From Chiloscyllium plagiosum (taxonomy: Eukaryota), in assembly GCF_004010195.1 (NCBI RefSeq), contig NC_057754.1, forward strand, positions 13,174,224 to 13,238,223: a stretch of 64,000 nt of DNA, written 5' to 3'. This document shows positions 25,040-37,830 of this stretch, piece after piece. Below the pieces are notes generated by a model. That model was not told the origin of the DNA. It ran no database searches and saw nothing but the letters and a program-made list of their open reading frames with translations. Both the position numbers and the translations under genes were made by a program. Each line of letters opens with the position of its first letter. Position 1 is the stretch's first letter.

Positions 25040-25410
25040 TTTACATGTATGCAAATTAGCTCGCTGAGCTTGAAGGTTTGTTTTCAGAAGTTTCGTCACC
25101 ATGACTAGGTGACATCATCAGTGAGAGTCTCTACTGAAGCTCTGGTGGTATGTCCCGCCTCTCTATTTATAGGTCTTGGTTTCTTAAAGTGGGTGATGTC
25201 ATTTCCGGTTAATTTAACAAGAGAATGTAGACAGTATCTAAATTAATGTGCTTATTGATGGACTTCTGGTTAGAATGACATTCCTCTAAGAAGGTCCTTG
25301 CGTGTCTTAGTATGTGTGTGTGCTTTGTCCCAGTCAAAGTGGTGCCCTTCTTTGTATGTATGTGGGTCGTGTGTTTTGGTGGCCAGTTGGTATTCATGTA
25401 TCCTTGTAAC
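25040..25410 (-). mobile_element. Second PLE family 3' end (GIY-YIG C-terminus plus tail)
   Basis: Peptide ARTFLEECHSNQKSINKHINLDTVY; the tail carries a hammerhead motif. Confidence 0.7.
25083..25125 (-). ncRNA. Minimal hammerhead-ribozyme motif with 6-bp stem II
   Basis: Minus strand reads tca-CTGATGA-t-GTCACC-tagtcat-GGTGAC-GAAAC-TTC-tga; stem I is tca/tga. Confidence 0.7.
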
Positions 25411-25651
25411 ACGGCAACAGGACAGTTTCAATGATGGAAAAATGATTTATAAATACTGTTTAATCAATGTGTGTGTGCAGATAAGTAACATTTTTCTCAT
25501 GTGCACAACACATTGTAATGAACAACAGAGACACAGTTAAAGAAAAATGATGCATATGATGTATAAAATTGATAAAACATTAAAACATGATTTGATCCTC
25601 TCAACGTTCCCTCCTTTCCTTGGATTCCCAACTCTAATCTCTCATTCTTAC

Positions 25652-25970
25652 CAGAATGTGTGCTCTAAATTCTTGATTCTAGTGTCCCAACTTATTTCAG
25701 ATAATCCCCTTTCTACCCATACTTCAATATATTGGCCTTTGGGTTCTTTCCAAAGCGAGTGTCTGTCATATTATTGGAGATAAATATTCTGGCATCAGAC
25801 CTAGCATTTGAACATATTAGCTGTTGTACATGCACTGTACAACGGACCACAGCATACAGGCATTGCCAAAACATTGGGGGATGTTCATCTACTTGTGTCG
25901 ATAATGTAGCTTTCTCATTTTCCACATCTCCCTATCTATATCCTCTCTCTCGTTCTCCCTTTGTATCCCG
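25652..25970 (-). pseudogene. Orphan C1-set Ig exon, class II alpha2-like
   Basis: YR*GDVENEKATLSTQVDEHPP resembles Y...DVELG.KNTLIC.V..F.PP; the exon ends GQYIEVWVERGLSE..TF-TG|GTAAGA (strong donor 25651-25646). Acceptor degenerate. Confidence 0.4.
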
Positions 25971-26059
25971 TTAAGAAATCCACCAATTATTCTTCGTGTC
26001 CCATCTCTCAAAACTCCTTCTTTCAGTTTAGATTTAATGCTCTCTTCAAGATGAGACGT

Positions 26060-27470
26060 GGTTATAATTAAGCAATGTAACTACAAAGACATGCGGGCGT
26101 AGCTGGCCAGAGTTAATTGGAAGGGGAGCTGAGCAGGAAAGATCATGGAGGAGCAATGGGAGGAAGTTCTGGGGATAATTCGGAAGATAATACCAGTAAT
26201 GCAATCCCAAGAAGATGATACATACTCATGGGAGGACAAGGCAGTCACGAGTGATAAGGCATCAAACCAAAAGAGGAAGCATACAATGTGGTGAAGATGA
26301 TTGGGAATCCAGAGAATTCATTGGCTCTGAAACTACATAAGGCTGGCATCACTGACACTGCAGAGCTCTTAATCATGGGCAGGGAAAGAAACAGAGGAAA
26401 CACATTCAGTTTAAACACATAAGATGTTATTTACAAGGAAAAAGATTCAGGTGAATTAAGCATTTGAATTAAGATCAGTTAAATGCTTTTGCGGAATGGG
26501 TCAGATGGGAAGAAAGACCCGGGGAGACAGACCCTCAGCAGAATAAGAGTTTGAAAATGGAAGTATTTCCATATCAGAAACCAGGTTAGGTCACTGAGTA
26601 CAGGGCTGATGGGTGAATGGTTCTCAGTGAGAATTGGGGAACAGACAGCAGAATTGCATTGCAGATATTGCAGCTCGAAACTGCGTATTCATGTAGTGCT
26701 GTAGACCACAGTAACAGGAGAAACAGAACAGCATTCAACCACAACCTGAAACTTTTTGCCAGGGTAACACCTCCGTCTGACATTACCATCAACACCATCT
26801 ATGGCTCAGTGACGAGTGTGGGTGAACATGTCAGAGTCAGAATCACATGAACTTTTTCCTGATGCTAACTCATTAAAGTTACCAGACTTGAGCAACAGAT
26901 CTGAACGAAGCCCTGCAGTCCTGTCACGTTCAGTCATAAATAGTGATGGACGATTAAACAAATGACCGTAGTAGACGGGTCCACAAACATCCTCATCCTA
27001 AATAATGGAACAGACCTGCACATCAGTGTAAAAGAGAAGGATGTTTTATCTGCACCATCCTCTGCCAGAAATATTGAGTCGATGATACACCTCACCCTCA
27101 TCATGATGCCCACAAAATCACAGATGTCAGTCTTCAACCAATTTGATTCGCTGCACGTGACATGAAGAAACAGCTGAACACAGTAGATATGACACAGGCA
27201 ATCGGCCCTGACCCCATTCCTGCAATAGGACTGAAGACTTGTGTTGCACAACAAGCCGCAACCCTGGGGGAAGCTGTTTCATTCCAGCTCCACCTCTGAC
27301 ATCTCCATGGCAATGTGGAAAATTACTCAACTAAGTCCCGTCCCCTAAAACGGGAATAATTACAATCTGACCAATTACCACCCCCTCAGTCCCATCACGA
27401 CAGTCGAATTGGTGGGAGTTCTTTTTGACAGAGCTGTCAAGCAGCACAGAAATAACCTGCTCAGTGTAGT
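26060..27470 (+). mobile_element. Decayed CR1/L2-clade LINE fragments
   Basis: Remnants of KA.GPD.IP and NY.PISL-type motifs at ~27190-27400; CR1-like sequence at 26060-26345. Confidence 0.6.
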
Positions 27471-27724
27471 TTTTGACAGGTCCCCATGTGGAGATGGTGC
27501 TGTTATGGAAATGTCACTGGATTACTAATCCAGACCAGGCTAAAACTCTGGCAGCGGGTGGAAATTAAAAACAATTAATAAAATATCGAGATCTAAAATC
27601 TGGGGTCAGGAACAGTGACCTTGAAGCCAACATGGATTGTAAACAGAATTTCCTTCTCCAATGTACTTTTAGGAAGTGAATTTCCCATGATTTCCTGGGC
27701 TGGCCTAAAAGTGATTCCAAAGAC

Positions 27725-28870
27725 CCTGACATGTGATAAACATTTCAATGGTCTCTGAAACGGCCAAGCAAGGGCACTCATTTGTATCAAACTACTCCGA
27801 GGTCTGAAATGATGAAACTGGACAGAACACCCGGCCTCAGCATCAGTATCGGAAAAGGGAATGGGAATACAGTCCTGTCGACCCTGCAGAGACCTCCTTC
27901 CTAACACCTGAGAGCTTGTGACAACATTTACAGAGCTTTCCCACAGACTGCACAGAAACAGCGGGAAAGGAGTAGGTCATACAACACATTGAGCCTCCCC
28001 CATTCTAGTTCATGGAAAAAATCTCCTCAATGCACTTATCCCACACGATATACATATCCGTTAATGTGAGTAACCTTGGGAAGCTATAAAATAGGAAGAT
28101 CAGTAGTACATTTGGGCCATCGAATTTGCTACCCAATTCAATGCAATGATGTTTGGCCCTTCATTTCCACACCGTACTCCTGCCATCCCACCATCCCTTT
28201 ACTGTCTCTAAATCCTTATTTATAATCAGTGTTTTGGTTTCCAGGTGCGAGCGAATTCCCCATGTCCACCAGTCTGTGAGTACAGACATGTATTCTCATC
28301 TCAATGCAGAGTGACCTGCCTGTACCTAATACTGTGGCCCCTTGTTTTCGACGCACCAGCCAGAGGAATTATCATCCCGGCTTCCAATCTGACTCACCCT
28401 GTCAGAGATTTGTTTATTTCACTGAGATCTCCACTCATTTTCCTAAACCCGATGGAATACTAACCCAGTCTCCCCAATCTCTGCTCCCACAACAAGCCCG
28501 TCATCCCAGAGATCAGTTTAGTCATCCTTCACTGCTCTCCATCAATGTCTGGTTTGTCCTTCCTGAGGTAAGGAGACAAAAACTGCACACAATATTGCAC
28601 AATGTTCGGGATGAGGTCTCACCATGACCCTGTACAGCTGCAGTAAGACACCCTTTCTTCTGGACTCACATCCCCCTGAAATGAAGGTCAACACACCATT
28701 TATCTTCCTCACTGCTTTCTGTTTCTTCAATATTGCTTTCAGCGACTGGTGTACAAGGAGATGCAGATCCTTTGCAGTGTTGCAGCTCCCCACTTGGTGG
28801 GTCTGTGTACACTGGGCAGCATGCCAATGCCATGCCCAGTATTGACTTCTGGTTGCAGAACTCACTGCGC
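27725..28870 (-). repeat. Inverted duplicate of 62845-64000 (CR1 3' end plus flanking repeats)
   Basis: Shared idiosyncratic junctions and insertions (e.g. HCAILCAVF/HCAVLCADL duplication; CCCACTTGGTGGGTCT junction). Confidence 0.88.
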
Positions 28871-29259
28871 TGCATGGGCCTCAGAGGTTTATGCAGAAGG
28901 AAACAACAAAAAGGAGCATACGTCCCTTTGTAGATCAACATGTTTCAACCAATCCCTTTCAAATGGGTAGGCTGCCAATTTATCGTTTCCACCTAAGGGC
29001 ACACTGTCACCTCTATCTACATTGTTCTCCATCTGTCACGCATTCACTCCACTTGTCTTAGTCTTCTCGGTGCTTTTTTACATCCTCCTCACCCACTCAA
29101 AATCCCACATCCGTTAGTGCTGTCAGCAGGTTGGGATATATTGTATCTGATTCCAGCAACCAAATGTTTAAAAGGCATTGTGAACAGCTGGGCCCCAAGC
29201 ACTGATCCCTGTGACACCTCAGCTATCTTCCTCTGTTAATTTCTATTAATTTATTTCGT

Positions 29260-31830
29260 GAATCTCGGAGTCTATGGCTCGGCCAGCATTTATTGCCTGT
29301 CCCTAGTTGCCCTTGAGAAGGTGGTGGTGAGATGCCTTGTTGAACCGCTGCAGTCCACCTGCTGTGGTTGACCTCCAGTACCATTAGGGAGGGAATTCCA
29401 AGATTCTGATCCAGCGACTGTGAAGGAGCAGTGATATATTTCCAATTCAGGCTGATGAATAGCTTGGAGGGGAACCTGAAGATAATGGTTTCCCATGCAT
29501 CTGTCGCCCTTTTCCTTCTAGATAGACATGGTCGTGAGTTGGGAAGATGGTCTCTGAGGATCTTTGGTGAATCATTTCATTGCAGCATGTAGTTAGTAAA
29601 ACACTGCTGCTGCTGAACGTTGATGGTGGAGCATTGTTGATGAAAGGACAGTCAAACTGGATGCTTTATCCTGGATGGTATAACGGTTCTAGAATGTTGT
29701 TGGGGCTTCACTCCTCCAGGCAAATTGGGAGTCTTCTATCACACCTCTGACTTATGTATTGCTCTTGTAGTTACTGTGTTCATGTGGCGAGACCAGTGAG
29801 TTTCTGAGCAATAATTACCAACCAGAAATTTGATACTGGGGGATTCAGTGATAGTAGCACCATTGAATGCCAAGGGGCAGGTTAGATTGTATTTTATTGG
29901 TGATGGTCATGGTCTGGCATTCGTGTGGCCTGAATATTACTTGCCACTTGTCAGCCTGGACACTGTCCAGATGTTGTCGCATTTGAACATTGTTGCAGAA
30001 CATTGCACAATCATTGGCAAACATCCCCACTTTTCACCTTAAAATGGAGGGAAGGTCACTGATGAAGCAACCCTGAAGAAGTTTTCGGCCACTGCTCGAG
30101 GGACTTCTACAGACTTGGAGCTGAGTTGACTGACCTTCATCAACCATGACCATCTTCCTAAGTGTCAGGTATGATTCTAACCAGCAGGGGGTTTGCCTCT
30201 GATATCCATTGATTCCAGTGTTGCTAAGGACCCGTGATACCACACTTGGTCGAAGGCAGCCTTGTTTTAAAAGGCTGTCACTCTCACCCCACCTCTGGAA
30301 TTCAGCTCTTTTGTCCATGTTTGATCCAAGGTAATGAGATCAGGAGCTGAGTAGCCCTGGTGGACCCCAAACTGGGCGTCATTGACCAGGGTATTGCTGA
30401 GCAGGTTGCTGCTTAAAAGCACTGAGACCTTCCACCACTTTACTGATGATCGAGAGTAGACTGATGGAGTGGTAATTGGCCGGATTGGATTTGTTCTGCT
30501 TTTTATATACACGAGATACTTGGGGTAAATTTCCACATAATCAGGAAAAGCCATTGTTGTAACTGTATTGAAACAGTTTGGCTCGGGGAGTGGCAAGTTG
30601 TGGAGCACAATTTTCAGTACTATTGCCAGAATGTTGTCACCCTTTGGTGTGTCCAGTATCTCCAACCGTTTCTGGATTTCACGTGGACGGAATCGAATTG
30701 GTTGATGACTGGTAACGGAATTGCTAAGGACCACTGAAGGAGGCTGAAATGGACCATCCACTCAGCATTTCTGACTGAAGACTCTTAGGAATGCATCAGC
30801 ATTATTTTATGCACTGAAGTGCTGGGCTCTTCCATAATGGAGGAAGGGATTAATTGTGGAATCTCTTCCTTTAGTGAATTGTTTAATTGTCCCCAACGTT
30901 TCTCGACTCGATGTGGAAGGACTGCAGAGCTTAGATCTGATCCTTTGCTTGTGGAATCACTTAGTTCTGTCTATCACTTACTGCTTATGCTGTTTGGTGC
31001 ACAAGTTGTCCTGCTTGATGGCTTCATCAGGCTGACACCTCATTTTCAGGTATGCCTGGTGCTGCCCCTGCCATCCTGCAAACTCCATTGAACCAAGGTT
31101 GATCCTCTGGATTGATGGTAATTGTTGCGAGGGGTTTATGCCAGGCCATGAGGTTATGCGGGAGTACAATTCCACTGCTATTGATGACCCACAGCACCTT
31201 ATGGACTTCCAGACTTGAGCTGCTAGATCTGTTCGAAGTCTACCCTATTAAGCACCGTGATAGTACCACCCAAAATGGTGGAGGTTATTCTCAATGTGCA
31301 GGTGCGACTTTGGCTCCACAATGACCATGCGGTGGTCACTCTTACCGACACTGTCATGGACAGATACTTCTGCAACTGGGAAATTAGTAAGGCTGTGGTC
31401 AACTATGTATTTCCTCTTGTTGGTTCCTTCACCACCTGCCGCAGCACCAGTCTAGCAGTTATGTCCTTTGGGACCCGGCCAGCTCGATCAGTAATGCTGT
31501 AGCTGAGATATCTTGGTAGTGAACCTTGAAATCCTCCACCCAGAGTACATCTTGCGTCCGTGCTACCCTCAGTGCTTCCTCCAAGTGTTGGTTAGCATGG
31601 AGGAGTACTGATTCATCAGTTGAGAGAGGCTGTTACATGGTAATCAGCAGGCGGTTTCCTTTCCCATGTGCAAACTAATGCCATGAGACTTCATGGGATA
31701 CGGAGTCATTGTTGAGGACTCTAAGAGCAATTCCCTTCCAACTGTATCCCACTGTGCCTCCATTTCTGCTGTGTCCGTCCTGCTGATGAGACAGGAGATA
31801 TCCGGGGAAGGTGATGGGGAATCTGGGACA
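29260..31830 (-). mobile_element. CR1/L2-clade LINE with endonuclease plus RT, degenerate
   Basis: Peptides DAQFGVHQGYSAPDLIT..TWTKELNSRGGVRVTAF, MFANDCAMF, and endonuclease remnant PDSPSPSPDISCL/FPGYLLSHQQD at the 5' end. Confidence 0.85.
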
Positions 31831-32479
31831 TAGTCATACTCACAGAATCATACCTTACGGACAACGTCAGGTTGTTATTTGACGAGTCTGTTTATGTCTA
31901 TTCACTGTTTCCTGCCAGCTGTCCCATTCTAGAAACATGTCCATATATTCGTCCCAATCGACTCAGATTTGATTTTGCAAATTGGGCTTGGACATTTACC
32001 AAACTTTTTCTAAAAATCAAAATGTTTTACATCCATTGTTTCTCTTTCATTTGTCTCCCAGTCTGTTTCTCAAACATAATTCCTATTTCATAAATCTATG
32101 TTAGTGTTGTCTATGACCACTACTTTCAGCCACAATAATTTCTCCTAAACCATTTACTTACTATGTTCTATGTTCCATGTACTCTATCATTTTCCCACAC
32201 CAGACTTAGTTTTCTTTGTATTTTTAGAAAGTTTTGTGAAGACAGAACTGATGTAGTGGCTTCATAGTTCTGCCATTTTCCCGGTTCTCCATTCTCCATT
32301 CTCTGGTTTCAAACTGTAAGGAAACTGCACTTGTTTTCTCATATTTCTCACATTGACATAATTTAAGAAGCTATTACAGCTCACTCTTACAACCCTTATG
32401 ATTATAACTCTTCAGAAACCCATCAATTCCTGCCTTAAACTGCTCAATAATTGACTTTTCACATCATACACTCACAGCA

Positions 32480-35440
32480 GCATAGACTCTGTGCCTACAG
32501 AAATACAGCACGATCTATATTAGTCCCACTTTCCTACAGCAGGCCCACAGCAGGGAATATTATGACACTTCCAAGTGCTCGTCCAAGTAACTTTTTAATG
32601 ATTGTGAGGTTACCCGTGAGAATTCCCCTCTCAGGAAGTAATCTCAGAACCCCACACCCTCGAGGTGAAAAAGTGTTTAAATCATCTCTGAACCTCAAAC
32701 TCTTCACTTTAAAAGTGTGCTACTTTGTTCTTGATCCTCTGACTAAAAGGAACAGCTGCTGTCTATCCACCCTGTCCGTGTCGCTTATAATCTTATCCTT
32801 CTGAATCACTGACCGTTCAGCTTTCTTTGCTCCAAAGTAAACATCCCGAGCTTATCCAGCCTCTCTCCATAGCTGATGTGCTCCATCCCAGGGAACATCC
32901 TGGTGAATCACCTCTGCACCCTCTCCAGTACAATCACATCCTTCCTGGAATGTGGCTCCCAGAAATACATATAGTACTCGATTTTGCCCGAACCAAAGCC
33001 CTGTATAGCTCTTATAATCTACGCCCTGATTAGGAAACGCTACACCCAATGTCCAATTCTTAACTAGTCCATTAACCTGTCCAGTCACATTCAGGGATGT
33101 GTGGAGAAGCACAATCTGAGCTTCCCAATGTGCTGCCATTCATTGAGTCCTCCCCTGTCTGGTTACTTCTCCCAAAGTGCATCACCTCATATTTATCACG
33201 GTTACATTCCATCTGCCATTGACGTGCCCATCTGACCACTCCATTTGCATCTTCCTGTAACTTAAGGCATTCCTCCACACTGTGAACAAACCGGTCAATC
33301 TTTACGTCAAACATACACTTACTTATCACACCTCCCCCATTCTTCACCTATCCCCCGCCACATTCAGATTGTTTTTTTTATGAATAACACAAACAATAAG
33401 GGACACAGAACAGATCCCTGTGGTTCACCAGGGGACACTGGTCTCCAGTCGTTCAAACAACCTTCTGTCACCACCCTCTGCCTCCTGCCACTAAGACAAC
33501 TTTCGTTGTAACTTGTCAAGTTATCCTTCATATTGTGAGATTTTACATTATTTTTCAGTTTCCCAGCTGGAAAATTGTCAAAGGCCTTCCTATAAAACTA
33601 AAGAATCGACCTCCGCAAACTAATTCGATCAAATCCATTAGATGTGACTTTCTTCTGATAAAATCATGATGGTTATCCCTGATAAAACCTTGCGACTCTG
33701 ATTGGAATTCAACTTTCTCCTTCAGTATTTTCTCCAGTAGTTTCCTTAACAGTGATCGAATACTCACTCGTCTATAGTTCCCTGGTTTATCTCTCCCACC
33801 CTGTGAAGTGGAATCGTATTAGCAGTTCTCCAGTTCTCTGGCACCGCCCCATTGTCAGATTCTAATTAAAATATTCCGTCAGTGTTTTTCCTCCCTTGAC
33901 CCCCAACAGCCGCCTGTGATACAACTCATTCAGACATGGATATTGATCCAAGTTTATACAGAACAAAGCCTCAAATCCCTGCTCGTATTTTACATCAACC
34001 TGTTCAAGAGCTTACCAGTCCATCTTTTTGAATTCTGTACCTGCATCCTCCTTCTCCCAAGTGAAATAGATGTGAAGGTCTCATGTAACAGCCCATCAAT
34101 GCTCTCCAGCTTGACACACAGATTGCCCCTTTGGTTTCTAATTGACACTAACTATTTGCTGGTTATCCTGTTCTACTTGTCCGTGTAGAATATCGTGGGA
34201 TTCTTCCTGATCTCGCCTACTTATACTTCTTCATGTCCCTTTGTTATTCAGTCCTTTCGATGTTTCTAAGATTCACTCTAATCACCTCTCATGTTTTGAA
34301 ACTCGCGATTACAGGCTGGGTTTCCCCTTCAGACAAGCTTGCCAACTTAGTGATTAATTTGTCGAATACCTTTTGCAGTTCCTCTGTAGTCAGGATATTC
34401 TTTCTTTGATTGGGATTCCGAACGATACGCAGTACTCTAAGATTAGTCTCACCAACACTCGATGTAACTGGTGCACGACATTCTCTGTATTCCAATTACA
34501 TTCACATGAATGTAAACCTAATTTTTACTTTCCCATTTGCATATGTTCTTCCTAATACTTCTCGCTTTAACTTTTCTTATGAGCTTACTGTGTGAGTTCT
34601 TAAAAAAAGCTCATGAATATCCAACTATACGCTATCCATTGGTTCTTCATTGCATATGTCCACAAGAATCATCTTCAAACCATTCCAAAAAAATGTTTGC
34701 CACTTCTGGTTTTCCTTTCATAGATACATTACCATACTCCCCAGTTATGTTTTTATCTTCTAAATATCTAGTAGCATGTTCTTTGTAATCGAGTCAAACA
34801 GACACCCGACTGCGGATGACAAGATAACCGGTCTGTAGTTCACCACTCTCGATCTTCATTCTTTCTTAAACTGTTGGATAATATGTGTAACCTTTGCCTT
34901 ACCAGATTGGCTAAATGCATTTCGGGAATGTGTCGGAAAATAAAGTGAAAATCCGCGATGCAATCAACATGTCTATTGCTGCTTCTTCTGAAATTCTTGT
35001 ATGAAATACATCTGATATGTCAGATTTATAAATACTCAATCAAGCTTTCTTTTCAAAGGTGACCCCAACACTAATATGAATGATCTTAGACTTTACTTAT
35101 ACAAGTCCCATGGTCACTTGGTATTTCTGGAAGAATTTCTGGTCATTCTTTGTGTCATATCTTCGTGTCATGAAGATAGACACAAAGAAACTGTTTCTTT
35201 TCCCTGCGATTTCTCTGTTCTCTGCAATAAATTATCTTGAACGCGCACCAACAGTTCCATATTTGACCTTTTTTTCATTGATAGACGCTTTTTAGCAGTC
35301 TTTATGTTTTTCTTTCGTTTGCACGTTTTTTTCTCTTTTTGATTTTCTTCTCAGTTTCTCGGTCATCCTTTGCTGGGTCCTACATTTCTCTGAATCTACT
35401 GGCTTACTGCAACACTTGGCATTTTTCTAAGCTTCCTCCT
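32480..35440 (-). mobile_element. Two or more decayed CR1 LINEs
   Basis: Peptides LQED...VRWARQWQMECNRDKYEVMHFGRSN and KLLEKILKE..HDFIRRKSHL. Confidence 0.85.
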
Positions 35441-35446
35441 TTCATC

Positions 35447-36140
35447 TAATAGGTAGATGAAGGTGGGCTTGAAAGTGATAATCGGAGAGGAGGGTGGACC
35501 AGGTTGAGAGGAAGGAAGGTGGACACATAGGAACATTCAAAAGGGCGGTGCTGACTTGGAAGATTGGAGTGGTAAAGTTGAGATTAGAGGAAAAGGGGAA
35601 ATGGAGAAATACACTATGATCCCCTGTGGTTGGAGGGTCCCAAGGCAGAAGAGGAGGCTTTCTTCCTCCAGGCTTCTGGTGGCTCTGGTTTGGCGATGGA
35701 GCAGGTCTAGGACCGTCATGTCTTGGCAGAGTGGGAAGGGGAGTTAAAGTGCTCAGCCACAAGGCGATGGAGTTGTTCAATGTGGCTGTCCCAGAGATGT
35801 TCTCTGAAATGATCCACAAGTTGACCTCCTGCCTTGCCAGTGTAGAGAAGACCACATTGGGTTTAATGGATGCAGTAGATGAGGCGTTCTGTCTCCCTTC
35901 ATCACCTATCACTTTCAACCACACCTTCATCTACCTATCGCAATCCCAGCTACCTCCCCGAGGCCGCACCCCCTTCTCATTTATCTCTTAGCCCCTTTGG
36001 CCCATAAACTTCATTCCTGATAAAGGGCCTATGCCCGAAACATCGAATAATCTGCTCTTAATATGCTGCCTGATTGTGCTTTCCCAGCACCACACTCTTC
36101 GACTCTGACCTCCAGCATCTGTAGTCCCCACTTTCTCCTC
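35447..36140. mobile_element. PLE 3' fragment with inverted 5' portion
   Basis: Minus-strand GIY-YIG end (ATRSLEEESLLFCLGTLQPQG) at ~35880-35447, followed by the plus-strand tail at ~35895-36140 with a hammerhead-like motif at 36013-36048. Confidence 0.85.
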
Positions 36141-37059
36141 ACACCTTCATGGCTTATATGACTCAGATTTATAACCAATTCTTCAAATAAAACGATAACT
36201 GTCGTGTACTCAAACAGCATAAAAGGAAACCAATGCATTGTAGTCACTGTTCCCAAAAGGTCATTTACAGCAAAACTTTCAATTAGCTCTTCTGTTCACT
36301 CAACACCAATGCCTAACTAACCTGATCTCGAGCTCAGTGCTCTACATAATGTTAATGCAAATCATCTCACACGTGGTCACGAAATCCATTTTTCCCAGCA
36401 TTAGCATTCAATTGGATTAGCACAGTTTAGATATAATTTAAACAGTACATTATTACTGCAGTACCCACAAACGTGTATGTCTCATTTCCTGTTTTATAAT
36501 AATGTCCAGCATTTGTATTGCAGCTTTCACTTTGATATCTAACTCCCATCAATGTTTGCTCCTTCTTGCTGTTTTTGCACTCCACCTTACTAAATTCTGT
36601 GGAAGCTGAGTGATGTGGGCTCTGGGGAGATTAATGTTAGAGATCATCTCGCCACATCATTTATGATCGTCTCAAACATTAATTTCTCCAGATCTCCCGT
36701 TATGCTGTGGAGTAGAGAAGGACAATGATCTTCCAATAATGCTCTGTTTCCCCCAGAGAGCTGAGACAACTCTAACCTGGGTGGGAACCTTGCAACAGGC
36801 TGGCGAAATGTTGTTACTGCTGTACAGGGTCTTAGTGAAATCACATTGGAGTAGTGTGTACAGATTTAATCTCTTCAATGAAGAAAGGATGTTGATTTAT
36901 TGGGAGCAGCTCAGAGATGGTTCCCTCAGCTGATTCCTGCAATGAAGGTGCTAGCTTATAACGAAAGGATGATCAGGTTGACCCAGTAGCCATTGGAGTT
37001 TACATAAATTAAAGATTGTCCTCTTTCAACATAGATGACAGAAGGAGTTAACAAGTAAA

Positions 37060-37830
37060 GCGAATTACACAGATAGTGGAGGAATCCATTACGTTCTCCA
37101 GCCTGTTACACTGGAACAACAGAAGGATATTCAGGCCTTAAAGCCTCTTACACCAAAACAAGACGAGGCTATTCAGCCCCTGGAGCCTGATATACATTTC
37201 CAGAAGGAGGCCAATCAGCCCCTCGAGCCTATAACATTAGACCCAAAGGAAGGCATGCTGCACCAGTATCCTGTTACACAGCAACATGATCAGTTCATTC
37301 AGCCACCTCAGGTCTGGAACATAGTAACAGGAAGCGGTCACACAGTGACTGGAGATTGTTACACTGGGATAACAGGAGGACATTCAGACCCACCGAGCCT
37401 ATTCCAAGGGAATTGGATAAGGATAAAAACTATCTGACACTTCTTTCATGAGAAAGGAAGAGGTAATTCAGACACATGTCTGTAGTATGGGAACAAGAGA
37501 AGATCAATCACACCCTCAGTCCCATCTCCGGGATACATGCGGAGACCATTCAGTAAGTATCTCCACCTGTTATGGAGAAGTATGAGAAGACCCATCAGAC
37601 CTTCAAAATGTTACATAGCAATAGGAGGATTCCGGAATCCCCCAACCCTCTAATGCATCAACGGGAAAAGGTCATTCTAGCCTTGGAGACGACAACATGG
37701 GAACACCAGAAAGACATCAGTCCATCGAGATTGTACACCAGCAGGATGATGAGTCCAGTCAGCCACATCTGCCTCAAAAACAATTGGCGCAGATCTCTTA
37801 AAACCCTTCGCCCATTAAATAGGAATTCAA
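37060..37830. repeat. Highly degenerate ~40-bp minisatellite related to 4555-4830 (opposite strand)
   Basis: Recurrent CCATTCAGCCCCTCGAGCCTGTTACA..GGAACAGGAGG-like units. Confidence 0.6.

Larger units (their letters stand above)
19255..25040 (-). mobile_element. Gmr1-type Gypsy LTR retrotransposon (gag-PR-INT-RT-RH), degenerate and internally deleted
   Basis: Partial 5' LTR 24905-25040 and a degenerate tRNA-Pro-like PBS at ~24885-24901. Gag FFNSFDKMA..AYRQKFR; protease LRDTGS; integrase HLGVRK..FWW..HPESQGA..FAIR; RT YLYD..LTFLGH..LSGFYRKF; then RNase H. PPT GAAGCGGGGAGA precedes the 3' LTR, which begins TGTTATGA at ~20019. Confidence 0.92.
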
